DNA of 64,000 nucleotides, taken from assembly GCF_018350175.1 (NCBI RefSeq), contig NC_058368.1, forward strand, positions 82,772,001 through 82,836,000. The letters run 5' to 3'. The notes under the pieces were generated by a model. That model was not told the DNA's origin. It did no database searches and saw only the letters and a list, made by a program, of their open reading frames with translations. Positions 1 through 14,917 of this stretch are shown here, one piece after another. The translations under genes and the position numbers were made by a program. Origin of the DNA: Felis catus (taxonomy: Eukaryota). Position 1 is the first letter of the stretch. Each line of letters starts with the position of its first letter.

Positions 1-1575
1 GGAAATTGGGCTATAGTTCTCCTTTTCAGTCAGGTCTCTGTCTGGTTTTGGAATCAAGGTAATGCTGGCTTCATAGAGTTTGGAAGTTTTCCTTCCATTT
101 CTATTTTTTGGAACAGCTTCAAGAGAATAGGTGTTAACTCTTTCTTAAATGTTTGGTAGAATTCCCCTGGAAAGCCATCTGGCCCTGGACTCTTGGGTTT
201 TTGGGAGGAGATTTTTGGTTACTAATTCGATTTCTTTACTGGTTGTGGGTCTGTTCAAATTTTCTATTTCTTCCTTTTTCAGTTTTGGTAGTGTATATGT
301 TTCTAGGAATTTGTCCATTTCTTCCAGATTACCCATTTTATTGGCATATAGTTGCTCCTAATAGTCTCTTATTATTGTTTTTATTTCTGCTTGGTGGTTG
401 TGATCTCTCCTCTTTTATTCTTGATTTTATTTATTTGGGTCCTTTCCTTTTTCTTCTGGATCAAAGTGGCTAGTGGTTTATCAGTTTTGTTAAGTCTTTC
501 AAAGAACAAGCTTCTGGTTTCATTGATCTGTTCTACTGTTTTTTGGTTTCGATAGCATTAATTTCTGCTCTAATCTTTATTATTTCCTGTCTTCTGCTGG
601 TTTTGGGTTTTATTTGCTGTTCTTTTTCCAGCTCCTTAAGGCGTAAGGTTAGGTTGTGTATCTGAGATCTTTCTTCCTTCTTTAGGAAGGCTTGGATTGC
701 TATATGCTTTCCTCTTATGACTGCCTTTGCTGCGTCCCAGAGGTTTTGGGTTGTGGTGTTATGATTTTCATTGACTTCCATATACTTTTTAATTTTCTCT
801 TTAACTGCTTGGTTAGCCCATTCATTCTTTAGTAGGATGTTCTTCAGTCTCCAAGTATTTGTTACCTTTCCAAATTTTTTCTTGTGGTTGATTTCAACTT
901 TCATAGCGTTATGGTCTGAAAATATGCACGGTATGATCTCAGTCTTTTTGTACTTACTTAAGGCTGATTTGTGTCCCAGTATATGGTCTATCCTGGAGAA
1001 CGTTCCATGTGCACTGAAGAAGAATGTATATTCTGCTGCTTTAGGATGAAGTGTTCTGAATATATCTGTTAAGTCCATCTGGTCCAGTGTGTCATTCAAA
1101 GCCATTGTTTCCTTGTTGATTTTCTGATTAGATGATCTGTCCATTGCTGTAAGTGGGGTGTTGAAGTCCCCTACTATTACTGTATTACTATCAATGAGTT
1201 TATGTTTGTGATTAATTGACATATATTTTGGGGGGTTTCACATTTGGAGCATAAATGTTTACAATTGTTAGGTCTTTTTGATGTTTAGACCCCTTAATTA
1301 TGATATAATGCCCTTCTGCATCTCTTATTACAGTCTTTATTTTAAAGTCTAGATTGTCTGATATAAGTATGGCTACTCTGGCTTTCTTTTGTTGACAATT
1401 AGCATGATAGATGGTTCTCCACCCCCTTACTTTCAATCTGAAGGTGTCTTTGCATCTAAAGTGGGTCTCTTGTAAGCAGCATATAGATGGATCTTGTTTT
1501 CTTATCCATTTTGTTATCCTATGTCTTTTGATTGGAGCATTGAGTCCATTGACGTTTAGAGTGAGTATTGAAAGA
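1..1575 (-). mobile_element. LINE-1 ORF2 5' region (endonuclease domain), relatively young carnivore L1, frameshifted
   Basis: ORFs 1212-1436, 533-1222 and 145-336 give IVGDFNTPL, FSRIDHILGHK, SDHN and [10 protein letters not shown] motifs in different frames. Confidence 0.96.
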
Positions 1576-1584
1576 TTAAAAAAA

Positions 1585-1765
1585 ATTTTCTTTTAATGTT
1601 TATTTATTTTTGAGAGAGAGAGAGCGCGAGTGAGTCACGGAGGGGCAGAGAGAGAGAGGGGGACACAGAATCCGAAGCAGCTCCAGGCTCTGAGCTGTCA
1701 GCACAGAGCCAGACATGGGGCTCAAACCCACAAACCGGTAGACCATGACCTGAGCTGAAGTCAGA
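1585..1765 (-). mobile_element. CanSINE (SINEC), 5'-truncated
   Basis: Reverse-complement SINE body and (GA)n tract. Confidence 0.85.
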
Positions 1766-2029
1766 CTGAAGTCTTCTAAATTCCTTTTTTTAATGTATAG
1801 TCTTCTTTCATTTCAGCGTGAGGGACACCCTTCAGTGTCTCTTGTCTTCAACAATATTTCTCAGTTTTTTGTTTCTCTGAGAAATGTTTAATTTCACCCT
1901 CATTTTCAAGAGTAGTTTTATTGGGTATGAAATTCTTGGTTGGTGCTCTGTTTCTTTCAGCACCTTGAATGTCCTCCCTCCACCTTTCCTGGTGTCCAGG
2001 TATTTGATTACAAGTCAGGTGTTAATCTT

Positions 2030-2256
2030 TTTTTTTTTTAATTTTTTTTTTTTCAACGTTTATTTATTTTTGGGACAGAGAGAGACAGAGCATGAACGGG
2101 GGAGGGGCAGAGAGAGAGGGAGACACAGAATCGGAAATAGGATCCAGGCTCTGAGCCATCAGCCTAGAGCCTGACGCGGGGCTAAAACTCCTGGACCGCG
2201 AGATCGTGACCTGGCTGAAGTCGGACGCTTAACCGACTGCGCCACCCAGGCGCCCC
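2030..2256 (-). mobile_element. Young felid-type CanSINE with TSD AAGTCAGGTGTTAATCTT
   Basis: Near-consensus with CpGs retained; TSD at 2012-2029 and 2257-2274. Confidence 0.95.
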
Positions 2257-2334
2257 AAGTCAGGTGTTAATCTTATTGGGAATCTCTTGTACGTCACTGG
2301 TTGTAGTTTCTTACTGCTTTATAGTCAGTAGTCT

Positions 2335-2548
2335 GGGAGTGCCTGGGGCGCTCACTCGGTTGAGCGTCCAACTTCGTCTCAGGTTATGATCTTGCGGTTC
2401 GTGAGTTCAAGACCCACATCAGGCTCTGTTCTAACAGCTCGGAGCCTGGAGCTGCTTTGGATTCTCTATCTCCCTCTCTCTCTCTGCCCCTCCCCCACTC
2501 ATGCTCTGTCTTTCTCTCTCAAAAAATAAATAAATGTTACAAATTAAA
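2335..2548 (+). mobile_element. CanSINE
   Basis: tRNA-like head, (CT)n, A-rich tail. Confidence 0.9.
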
Positions 2549-2944
2549 GTCAGCAGTCTGACTGACTATAATATGTCTAAGTGTGGATCTCTGAGTATCC
2601 TGCTTGGAGTTTTTTGTTTGTTTTTTTAATTTGAGGTGTTTTGGGCCCAAATATTCTTTAGTATCTAGTATTCTTTCTGCCACTTGTTGTCTCCCTTTGC
2701 CTTCTGGTGTTCTCATCGTGTATATTTCGGTTTGCCTGATAGCATCCCACAGGTCTCTGAAGCTTTGTTCATTTTTCCTTATTCTTTTATCTTTATGTTC
2801 CTTAGACTGGGTAATGTCAGTTGACCTAACTCCAGGTTCACTGATTCTTCTGCCTTTTCAAACTGCTGTTGAACCCTTCTACTGAACAACCCTTTTCGTT
2901 ATTTTACGTTTCAACTTGAGATTTTATGTTTTTGTTTTCATATA

Positions 2945-3163
2945 GTTTTTTAAATGTTTGTTTATTTTGAGAAAGAAGAAAGAGAGAGTGTGTGCACTCA
3001 CACACGTGAGCGAGAGAGAGGCAGAGAGAGGGAGAGAGAACCGCAAGCAGGATCTGGCTGTCAGCACAGAGCCCAATGTGGGACCCAATCTCACAAACCG
3101 TGAGATACATGACCTGAGCCAAAATCAAGAATCAGATGCGTAACTAAGCCACTCAGGCACCCC
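2945..3163 (-). mobile_element. CanSINE
   Basis: Reverse-complement SINE body. Confidence 0.88.
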
Positions 3164-4280
3164 TCTATTTTCATATTTAAAATAGCTTATTTAAAGTGTT
3201 TGTCTAAAAATAATAATAAAGTGTTTGTCTAGTACATCCAACATCTGGTGTTTGTCAGGACAGTTTCTATTGCCTGCTTTCTACCCACTCCCCTGGATTG
3301 CCAATTGTTTCCTGGGTATTTGCATGTTTCACCTATCTTTGTGTAGTAAACAACCCTCAGATTGTTGTAAGGCTTTAGTTAGCTTCTGAAGTTCTGAAAA
3401 ATTTATTTTGACAATTAGGCAGTGTTGATACTGCTTTTCTGGTGTCGAGTTTTGGAGGTGTTTACTTGGCCATTTTGGAAGTACTTCCTCCAGGTAAATC
3501 CTTTTAAAGCGTCCTTCATGAACCTATCTGTAGGTGATAGACTCTTCACCTGAGCTGATTCTTGATTAAAACCAAAGCACCTATCAACCTGTTGGTTAGT
3601 ATTTATAGACTTTCTTAGATTCATCTTCAAAAAAATATTATTTTATTCTGTTTGTTTTAATGTAATTACTGGTCTGGCAAGAGATTCAGTTAAGAAGTGG
3701 TTAGTACTTGCTCTGTACCTACATCTGTTTCAGAGGATGTGAAAATGGGGTATACATGACATACTTTTGAAACCCTTGGGGATAGAACTGATAGTAATTG
3801 AGATAATAGGAATGGACACAAGGGAGATCCATTTAGGTTAGAAAGTCAGAAGCATTTCCTAAAGGGAAGGGTCACTTGAACATGTCACAAAGGATAAATA
3901 GTAGAGGAGGGGGAAGACAGTCAAGGCCAAAGGTATGACATTAGCATCGTAGAAGAAAACAGGACGCACAGACCTGCCCTTCTGCTTAGGAGAGTTTTGG
4001 TTTTTTTTGTTTTTACTGTAGAATGATGAAAAATAAAGATAAGTAAGTAGCTTGCTGATAGAATCTAGAAGTGGTCTGAAAGTGATAGATTCTAACAGGT
4101 CTGAAAACCTATTAGACATTTATTACGTATTAGTAAATGAAATGTTAGGAAAAAAGTAAACACATTATTTTGGGCTATGTTTAAGTTATTTTGCACACAG
4201 CATTTGAAGTTGGTAAATTAATTTCTGCTGAATTATAAAGTTTTAGGTGTTGGATATGTGAAATTCTCTAATATTTTTAG

Positions 4281-4433
4281 GTGTCATTTGCCAATGCTCT
4301 ACATCGGATTAGAATATGGATTGACCAATAACTCAAAGTTGGCTGAAAGATTCTTTGGCCAAGCGCTAAGCATTGCACCAGAAGACCCTTTTGTTATGCA
4401 CGAGGTTGGCGTGGTTGCATTTCAGAATGGCGA
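4281..4433 (+). CDS. CDC16: CDC16 coding exon (153 bp), CHLPMLYIGLEYGLTNNSKLAERFFGQALSIAPEDPFVMHEVGVVAFQNG
   Basis: tttttag|GTGTCAT ... GGCGA|gtaagt; TPR-region sequence. Confidence 0.96.
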
Positions 4434-7400
4434 GTAAGTCTTGAAAGGCTCAAAACCCTGTTTTCTTTCTGTAAATGAAATAAAACCAGTCACTAGAGTT
4501 TAAGTGATTAGGGACTCTTCAATAGATTTTTGTTTTTAAATGTGTATTATTTGAAGAGAAGGAGGCAGACATTAGAAAAAAAAAAAAAAAGAAAGTGTTA
4601 TTGTGGAATTCTTTAAAAATACTGTACTGGGGTTTTGGTCCCCTGGGAGGTGGGCTCCTGCAGACTCCATTCCAAGACTGGACAGTTATTGCTGACTGTC
4701 CAGTAACCACACCCTGTAGGGTGCCTGGAGGCCTTGCAGAACCCTCAGTCAGTCATCTCCTTGTTGGTTAGGAGTTGGAGTCATACATTGAAGGGAGATT
4801 GCCCACAGCTGTGAAACAGAAATGAAGTTAATCCAAAAATTAAACTAATTAGAATGGCCCAGATTCCTGGTCATTTGAGGCATTAGTGTAACCTTGTATA
4901 TTTGTAGAATAATTCAGTATCATGCTCTAAAGAGAAAAATGTCTGTAGTGCTCTGCACTAAATTATACATACATTTAAAAACAACAAATTAGTACTGCTG
5001 TGTTTTTTATGGCATGTGTGTGTATTCTAAGTATTGGATTATCTAGTGTTTACAAAAGCAAGTTTGGAGCTGTTGTAAAATGATGTAATATACAGCCTGT
5101 TGGTTTGTAGCCCAGGGCCCGCTCCTGGAGTACTTTCATACTTACGTGCACGTTCCCAGCCAAGGTCAGAAGTGACATTCTGCCTTCCTGTTTCTGCTCT
5201 CATACTGTAAATGAGTTTGTGGGGTTTTTTTCAGTGCCACATTTTTCGCATTTTTGTGTTTTTTGTTGATGAATTTCACTGTTTGAAATGATCCCCAAGC
5301 CTCGTGCTGATGTGCTGTTAGTGACCGTAAACACAAGAAGGCTGTGATGACCCTGTGTTAGATGAGCTGTGTGGCTGGCTGTGAGTTCAGTGTCAGTAAA
5401 TCAGTTTGTATGTTAAATAAGGTATCGATCAACAGAAACACATATAAAACAGGCTATATGTTGAATGGTTGACCAGAGGTTTATAGGAACCTGAGCCTGT
5501 ACTTTTGCCAGGAGCAGTAGTTCAGTATTTGCTAAGGCAGTGTTCACATTGACTTTACAGAATGTAATTACCAGGAATAATGATAATTAACCATATCCTA
5601 AAATCTTGAACTCCTATAATGTTAATGCCATAAAATTCATTAATTTCACCTTTAAAGTTGAATTTTTTTTTTTTCAACGTTTATTTATTTTTGGGACAGA
5701 GAGAGACAGAGCATGAACGGGGGAGGGGCAGAGAGAGAGGGAGACACAGAATTGGAAACAGGCTCCAGGCTCTGAGCCATCAGCCCAGAGCCCGACGCGG
5801 GGCTCGAACTCACGGACCGCGAGATCGTGACCTGGCTGAAGTCGGACGCTTAACCAACTGCGCCACCCAGGCACCCCTAAAGTTGAATTTTAATAAACTA
5901 TTTACAGAAGGTTATCTCGTTTTTTCTTAAAATGTTTATATTTGCTAATTTTGAATAACCTGCAACCTTTTCCCCTCTATTTTAGATGGAAAACAGCTGA
6001 AAAGTGGTTTCTTGATGCATTGGAAAAAATTAAAGCAATTGGGAATGAGGTATCTTATGTAACATCTGTAACTCTTGTGTGTGTTTGCTGTTGAATGAGA
6101 ACAATAATATGGACAAAGTCTTGCCTGGGAGATAAAGAGCTAATATTTATCATGGCAAATGTCTTGTTAATGTTTGAATTTCAGGCATTTATTTTGCTGC
6201 ATGGTGTAAAATGAGTTTGTTTCTAACTGAGAAGGTAGATGTCAACTGTTTGCTTCCTAGGAGGCTTTGATATGTGGGAGTAATCAGAATATATTTGATG
6301 ATTTTTTGATATGGGGAATATGTGACAGTTAGTGGATACTAGTGGGCACTGTAGCATCTAACATAAGATGTCCTCTAGAACTGAAGAGGCTCCTCTTGAA
6401 TTAATGGGTAAGTATACAGCACCCACCTCTGTAGGAATAAGGCCAGGTATCATTTTATTCAGACCTATCATGGCTCTTCCTGACCTTGTAGTTATTACAT
6501 ATTTAGACCTCTCAAGGTTTGAGACATTTTGCTAGGTTCTACCATATGAAAGACGTGTGCTCATGAATTAACCTTCTGCTAGCTTGGATGTGTATATGTG
6601 GGTATTTTTTTAAAATAATACTAATTTTAGATAATGTCAACTTCTGTAGGTAAGGGATTTGCATATTGCTACTCTTCTAGTTCTTGATTCTTTTTATTCA
6701 CATCTATTTTGTTTTGTGCCATTCTGATTGTCACTTCCCATTTTTACTCTGTTCCTATTTGGGCCGCCTTGCTTATAACCCACATCTTCCTTGGTGCTGG
6801 TTCCCTTCACTGACACAGACACAGCTCCCTTGGGGTCCCTGCCAAGTCTCTTATTTGTCATACATATGAACTTAAAAACACTGTATTTCTGTGTGTTGGC
6901 ACATCTTTTATATAAAACAGGTTCTTTTTTTTTTTTTTTTTAATGTTTGTTTATTTTTGAGAGACAGAGCGAGCTGGGGAGGGGCAAAGAGAGGGAGACA
7001 GGATCCAAAGCAGGCTCTGCGCTGACAGCAGAGAACCTGGTGTGTGGCTCGAACCTACGAACCATGACCTGAGCCGAAGTTGGATGCCTAACCAACTGAG
7101 CCACCCAGGCACCCCTATAAAACAGGGTCTTGAACAGCTCAGTCTTGGGTGGTCTGGATAATAAATGTGTTTTTGTTATATGGGATGGCCACATACCACC
7201 TTGCTAGTTTTCATAGTAGGATACCTTAGGGCCTTGCTGCTCTAATGGGACCAGCTGCATCAGCATCATTCGTTGATGATCGGAGAGCACTGTGGAGCCT
7301 TGCAGAAATTTACAGTAATGGCTTTAAGTACAAATGCCCAGTGCTACTGGGATTGTTATGTGAAAAGGGGGAAATACTGTTTGCCTTCAGTTGTAAACTA

Positions 7401-10400
7401 CAGCAAATGTCCAAACAGCCAAAGGGAAGCAATGTGCCTAAGAACCATGAAGGGTTTGTTTCCATTCTCATAGGCCACACCTCCTGGAGCCAGGCTCATG
7501 GGAGCTGGAGACTATGGCTCAGATCTGTTGCCTGGTTAGCTCAGACTGACTGATGTGTGTTGACTGTGTCCTAGCTCTGAGCTAGGTGTTGGGAGGAAGT
7601 AGGAAACTGATGTGATAGCTCCTGGCCTTAGACCTGTTGGGGATTGCAGATAAGTAAATTGGCAGTAATGATACAGTGCACAAAAAAGGCCATGATTGAG
7701 GAAATAAAGAAACTCACGCAAGGGAGCAGTTAACCGGAATTTGAGGATGGGCCAAGAAAACCTCGTGGATACAGTTGTGACATTTCAGTCCTAAAACATG
7801 AGCAGATATGTTTTGCCAAGCAGAAGTGAGGAAAAGAGTGTATTAGGTATAGAGAATGGTATGTGCCAAGTTGGAGCTAATTGAGAATGTCAAGAAATGG
7901 GTCAGGAGGGCTGAGTGTGGATCGTCAAGGGCCTTGTACCTTATCTTGAGGTGGTTGGGCCCAGACAAGACTTGTTACATGGAGGTTGGCGTTATGCTGG
8001 GGCAGCTGATGAATAAGCCTTCGGTAGTTGCTAGGGGTTAGGGTGGACATGGGTGCCGGGCATGAGAGGCAGGCACTTAGAAGGGCGTGAGGTTGGGGAG
8101 CTGGGAGGGCAGGAGAGAGGGTAAGAGATGAACGGGTGGCATGCTGGATTTGCAGTGCTTATGAGGTTTCCAAGTGGGAATGTTTAGTAGGCAGATGGAA
8201 AGCTCTGGGCTCAAGATACAGAATTTGAATATCAGCACAGACGGGCTCATTAACAGTGTTGTGCTAATAAAATAACAGCATCCTCAGGAAGTCTCTTCTA
8301 ATAGGAAAGAAAGATGGAGAATCCACAAATACTCTGCTTTGTGCTGTGCAGTCACCGCCAGAGAGGGCGGCCTGCTTCACTGTCTGCAGTGGTGTGGTTG
8401 AATGGGCGTGACTGGAAAGTGGCACATGAGTCATGGGTTTGGTGTTGCTGTGTTTCAGGTGACGGTTGACAAATGGGAGCCTTTGTTGAACAACTTGGGG
8501 CATGTCTGCAGGAAGCTTAAGTAAGTGAACTAGGACCATTGCAGAAACATTCTTTGCGATTAAACGTTTACTTAATTTTGTGTAGCCTTTCTCCATGTTT
8601 TGTTTTGTTTTTTAAGGTTTTTATTTTTAAGTAATCTCCACCTAACATGGGGCATGAACTCATAACCCCTAGATTAGGAGTTGTATGCTCTACCAGCTGA
8701 GCCAGCCAGGCACCCTTCTTTTCCCATATTTTTATTTTGAGGTCCTCCAGCTTTGTACTTTGCTTCTCAGACACAGCAAGCATCAAAATAATTATCTCTA
8801 GTGAGTTTTATTATCTCTTTTTTTATTATCCCTGGTAGTATAGTTTTATTTTAGAAATACAGAGAATTACAATTCTCTAATAAATTTCATTTTCTTAGAT
8901 AAAAAAAATGGGTATTCAAAATTAATTTGGAAGAATTAGGACAGTAGGGTTTATTTAAAACCATATCCATATTCTAACTTACTGTTTTTCTCTAGTTTCC
9001 AGTTTTATGATGTGATAAACAGCATTGCAAAAATAGATTCTTTGGCTCAATATGTTTGGGAAACTCTAGGTTACTCAAAATTTAATAGGTTTTTCTATTT
9101 CAGGATATGTTGGTGTCTTGAGTATTCATTATGAGCTGCAGCATTTCCCAAACCTTACTGAACCTTCTTCTCACGAAAGATTTTACAGGGCAGGAATTCC
9201 AGAGAACTTAGGAAAATGCTGTTCAAGTGACTTCTTTGGACCTTAAAGCAAAAACCTTTGGTTGCTTTTAACTACCCCCAGTGTGGGAGGTTTGTCTGGC
9301 CCCAAAAGAGACCTTGCAGTGTGGTGGGGCACAGGACCCAGGGCCAGAGTTTATGTTCTGGCTCTCCCACCTGTGTCCCTGTGGGAGCACCTTCAGCTGG
9401 CTGGGTGAGAAGGGCAGGAAGATCCATTTAGGAAGGTGTCAAGGTACACGAAGGTGGTATAACCATTCTGGATGGTTACTGTGATGTACCAGATTGTTTT
9501 TGATGTTGGCACATAGATGAATACTCATCTTAGATCTAGAAAGTCAGTACTTTCACTGTACCCACTAATTGTTTTCTCTTTCTTCCCGTTCTTTCTGCTC
9601 TCAACTCCCTGTCTTTTCTTCTCTTACAGAAAGTATGCCGAGGCCTTGGATTATCACCGTCAGGCACTGGTGTTAATTCCTCAGAACGCGTCTACCTATT
9701 CTGCCATAGGGTATATCCATAGTCTGATGGGCAACTTTGAAAATGCTGTTGACTATTTCCACACAGTATGTCTAGTTAACATTTACCACTTTTTTTTTTT
9801 TTTGAGAAGATCTTTTCTAGCCAACATTGTATTTACCATTTTAAAATTCTTCAGACGACTTTGTGGTTTCTTCTTTCCTTTCCAGAGAAAAGCATGTGTG
9901 TGTGATACTCATCAAATTAGAGACAAATGTGAGACTTAGGTCCTAAGTGTGCAGTCAGACATACATGTATGCATGAGGTTTGTGGGCCTCATCTGAGCTG
10001 GGCATCACGTCTGGGCAGGAGAAAAGAAATTCTGGTCTCTCTGTTTAGGACTTATAGTTAAAGTCCTAAAGTCCTTGGATCACTTTTTTTTTTTTTTTTT
10101 TTTTTATTTTTTAACGTTTTATTTATTTTTGAGACAGGGAGAGACAGAGCATGAACAGGGGAGGGTCAGAGAGAGGGAGACACAGAATCTGAAACAGGCT
10201 CCAGGCTCTGAGCTGTCAGCACAGAGCCCGACGCAGGGCTCGAACTCACAGACGGAGAGATCGTGACCTGAGCCGAAGTCGGCTGCTTAACCGACTGAGC
10301 CACCCAGGCGCCCCACCTTGGATCACTTTAGTTGGTGAACAAAACATCTGTGTCATCACAAGGAAAGAATCTCACGTCATATTTCACTAGACCTAAGACA

Positions 10401-13400
10401 CCATCAGTAAGCAGGTTGGGTGCCCCGCCCCCCAACACACAGACAAACCTTTAAACTTTACACAATTCTTTCCAATCTCTCAGTTTTTTGGTACTTAGAA
10501 AAAGCACTCTTTTGGGGCACTCTTTTTGGGCATATTAGGACATAGGTTTTTTTTCAGAGATGACTCTAGTATCTACATAAAAAAGAAAATATAAGTGAAA
10601 TAAATACTTAAGATGCTCTATTCTTTACATTCAGAGTTTGGTTCTTTTAAATCACTTTCGTACCAGGCGGTCAGTGTCCCTGTTTTCCTGGGGCTGGCAC
10701 GTATACCCTGCTCTTGAAGGTGTTTCCCAAAGGCGTTGACTATGCAAATCTTACGCTGCCAGAAGGTGTCAACGCAAGGATTTTAGGCAACAGTCTCAGT
10801 TCTTGTATTTTTGAGTGTTCACGTGGTTTCAAATCTAGTCTGTACATCACCATGGCTACCCACGCAAAACACCCTCATCACAGCTGTGGCCAGCTGACAG
10901 CAGTAGTAAGAAACCACCAGTAGTTTAAAGCGTCCCAAGTTCAGAAATGTTAGAATTAAAAAAAAAAAAAAAAAAAAAAATGGGTGTTAGAATTGATGAA
11001 ATAATGGTATTTGGAGAGAAAGATAAAATCTGAGAAAATGCATAGGGTTGGTTAGAGATTTTCAGATGAGATCAAGTCCTGAAGATGCCATTATGATAAC
11101 TAGGATACTGAGCTAGGCAGAAGTGTGGACTGGCAGCTTTTCTGGTTTGTGTGATATTTCGAATGTGTGTATTTGAAGATTCTATAATTTACCTCTCTTC
11201 TGTGATGTAATTAATGCAGAAGACTTAGAAGGCTCTATGTGGAGACAAAGTTTTGAAAATCTTTTTGGAGGACTGGGATTTCAAACATAAACAGTGGTGT
11301 GATAACCCTACATGTGCCCATCGCCCAACTGCAGCAGACATCAACTCATGGCCACTCTTGTAGCCCCCCCCCCCCCCCCCCGATTCCCTGTAGTGTTTTG
11401 AATGGAGTCCTGCAGGAATATTTTTAAATGAAAGAGAAGGAAATACATTTTCTTGTAATAACCATGCTGAATCTTTTCTGCAGGCCCTTGGTCTTAGGCG
11501 GGATGATACATTTTCTGTTACAATGCTTGGTCATTGCATTGAGATGTACATTGGTGATTCTGAAGCTTACATTGGTAAGATTATAATTAATTACTCTGAT
11601 TGACATTGCATCCCATTCTTTAGATTGTTGTATATCTCTGTTTAGGTTTCTCAAATCTCATGTAAGGTTTTAAGTTTAACTTTCTAACCATTTAACTATA
11701 TTATTAAGAAACTCCATTTATTTGTTGGAAAATTCTGTGGGAATTAATGGCTCATTAAGTGTTCAGTTTATAATTGAGTACTTGGTATATGCAAAATACT
11801 ATTATGGAGTATGTGTAAAGTGCTGTGATATACAAGAATCAATCTAATTAATTGCAAGGCACCTGGCTGGCTCAATTAGTAGAGTGTGTGACTCTTGATT
11901 GCGGGGTTGTGAGTTCAAGCCCCACGTTGGGTGTAGAAATTACTTAAAAATAAAATCTTAAAAAGAAAAAGTGTTAAAACAATCTAAATTGCGTAATGGG
12001 AAAAAACCTTAGAGACTTTTTAATTTCCAATAGTTTCTAATTTCTAATAAGTAAATGAAAACACTCTGGCCTTAATACTTTATAATGAGGTTTGTAGCAT
12101 ATTAATAACATTAATTTTTGCATTTCAGTGGACTGTTAAGTTGGCTTATGTTCACACATTACAGTGCTGTGTAATTTTTTAAGTATTTTTTTTGGTAATG
12201 ATAAGCAAGTGTTAAGATAAATTTGGGTAGAATTGCTGTCCTTGGGCCTTCATTTAGTGACAAATATTGTAAGGTAAAGAGGGTGTAATGAAGTTAAACT
12301 CGAGGTCTGGACTTTGGGGTAGGCAAAGATTTCTTTCACAGGACACAAAACCATGAGAGGAAAGCAGTGTTCAAGTAGGCTTCAGTAAAATTAAGAACTT
12401 TGTTCATCAAAACACTGTTAACAGAGTGAAAAGGCATGTCATAGACTGAGAGAACTTACAATTTATAGACTGGTCAGAGCTTGTGTCTAGAATACAAAAA
12501 ATCCTATAAATTGGTGAGAAAAAGTTCAGTCAAAGATGGGTCCAGAATGGGCAAACTACCTGAACAGGAGCCTCACCAAAGAGGCTGTCTGCCAAAGCAA
12601 ATGAATGTGCGTACTGTCGTTGCATATTATGGAAATGAAATTAAAACCATAACAAGATGTCACTGCACACCTGCAAAATGGCTACAAGTGAAAACACCGC
12701 TAGTGCCGAGTGTTGGTAATGACGTATACACCTGGTATGCTTGTATATTATTGGTGGTTGGTGCTCATAGCAGGTAGAACCACTTTGGAAAACTGTTCAA
12801 CGTATCTGCTAAAGTTAAACAGACCTGTTAAAGCAGTTATCTGTTGCTGCCTAATAAGCTACACCAACCGACAAGGATGTATTACCTGTCTCAGCTCTGT
12901 AGGTTGATTGGTGGCTCATTTACTGGTCTCATCACTAATGCAGCTGTGGTCAGCAGTCACTTGATGGGCTGACGGGCTAAGATGGCCTTATGCACAGATG
13001 GGGACCTCAGCCAACCCAGCTGGGCCTCTCATGGGTCTTTCAGACTTCTCCATAGCATGGAGGTCTCAGGGTTCTAACAACAAGAACTAATGCCTCAAGA
13101 CCTCTTGAAAGCTGGAAGTTTCCTAGAATCACTTCCGTCACATTCTGTTCAGCACAAGTCATGTGATCGAGTGCATTGTCATCAGGGGTGGGGTGTGATT
13201 CATTGGGGTGTTAGGGTGCTGACCTACCATGCTGCTCTTAAGCCATAGCAGTTCTCCTCCCAGGTGTGTGCCCAGTGCATCGATGTCTCCGTAAGCCAAT
13301 GCTCACATGCAGAGTTGTTCACAGCAGCTGTTTGTAACCACACCTAACTAGAAATAACTGGATGTTCATGAGTAGGAGAATGGGGAAGTGAATTGTGGCA

Positions 13401-14863
13401 AGCATAAGCGGTAGAGTACTACACAGTTAAAAGGACCAACGATGAAGTCACACTGTAACCTAGGTGAATCTCCCAGATTTTGACAAAAAGAATATATACT
13501 GATAAATTCCATTTATGTGAAGATTAATCATAAGCAAAATTGATCAGTGGTGATAGAAAAATTAGAGCGGTGATTCCTTCTGGTTTGGGAAGGGGAGGTG
13601 TTCACTGGAAAGGGCGTGAGGTGGTTTTCTGGGAACTGGAGGTGGTCTGGTGGTGGTCATGTGGGTATATGTGTATGTGAGAACTTGACCAGCTCTGCAC
13701 ACTTTTTATGGTGTGTATGTTGTGGCTCATTTTTTTAAAGCTAAAACAGAAAGCTTGAGCTCTGGCACCCTAAAGACCCTGAGTTGGTATCTCAACTCTG
13801 CCACCAAGCCCTGTGGCTTTGGGTAAGTCTGAGCCTCAGTTTCCTCTTTTGTTTGAGGAGGGTCTTACAACAGGCTTAAATGCAAAATTCTTATAAAGCT
13901 AAAGAAGGTCTGGAGGTAGGGTACTGAGTGAGACAGACATTTTGCCTGTCCTCACAAAGATAATGGTCTTACAGAGATTTCCAAGTGTATTAGTCATTAC
14001 TTACTATTTATATATATTTTTTATTCAGGTATAATTGTCATGTAACATTAGTTTCAGGTGTATACCATAATTCAGAATTTGTACATATTGTGAAATAATC
14101 ACCACGGTAAGTCTAGTTAACATTCATCACCATACATAGTTAGAAATAATTTTTCTTTTAGTGAGAACTTTTAAAATCTTCTGTCTTAGCACCTTTCAAA
14201 TGTGCAATACAGTATTTAATCACCGTGCTGTGCTGTTTTTCTTTTTAGAAGGCTTGTTTGTCATTATCTGTCAAAACACCTGTTGCTGAAAGCTATTAGT
14301 TTGAACTGTGTAAAATTATTTTGTGTCAGAAATGATTGAACCTAATACATCTGTTGGAAATCTCTTCTCCATCATTCATAAGATTTTGATGTGTGGAAAG
14401 TGTATTTCCCCTCATTGTGTTTCTGTGTGCATAAGGGTGCAACTGCACCGATGCCGGAATGCCAGTGGGCTGTTCTTGTTTGTAACATGCAAGGGCAAGT
14501 GCCTGCTGTGGCTCCCTTGTGTGGGGGGGCTTTAGGGATGGTGCCGCTGCCACATGGGGCTTGAAGTACATGTGCTTGTCAGTCTCCCAGCAGCCGCCCT
14601 TGATAATCGAGAAAAAGAAGAGGAGGAGAGTGATTGGAATTTCTCCTTCTGAGCTGTACTTGTGCTCGTAAAAGTACCATTGGACTTAGGGGTGCCTGGG
14701 TGGCTCAGTCCGTTGAGCATCTGATGGCTTCCGCTCAGGTCATGGTCTTGCAGTTTGTGGGTTCCAGCCCCTCATTGGGCTCTGTGCTGACAGCTCAGAG
14801 CCTGGAACCTGCTTTGGGTTCTGTCTCCTTGTGTGTGCCCCTCCCCTGCCCCTGCTTGTGTTC

Positions 14864-14917
<54 letters not shown>

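Larger units (their letters stand above)
1790..3340 (-). mobile_element. Old L1M-type fragment interrupted by SINEs
   Basis: T-rich L1 antisense-like motifs (gaaattcttggttgg, tttctttcagcaccttgaat, ggtctctgaagctttgttcatttttc). Confidence 0.55.

Noticed and set aside
533..1222. 229-aa ORF with nuclease motifs
   Set aside because: L1 ORF2 endonuclease fragment, frameshifted relative to adjacent pieces; not a host gene or an intact L1.
8598..11970. tRNA-like A/B-box sequences
   Set aside because: Heads of tRNA-derived SINEs with A-rich tails; no complete cloverleaf or acceptor stem.
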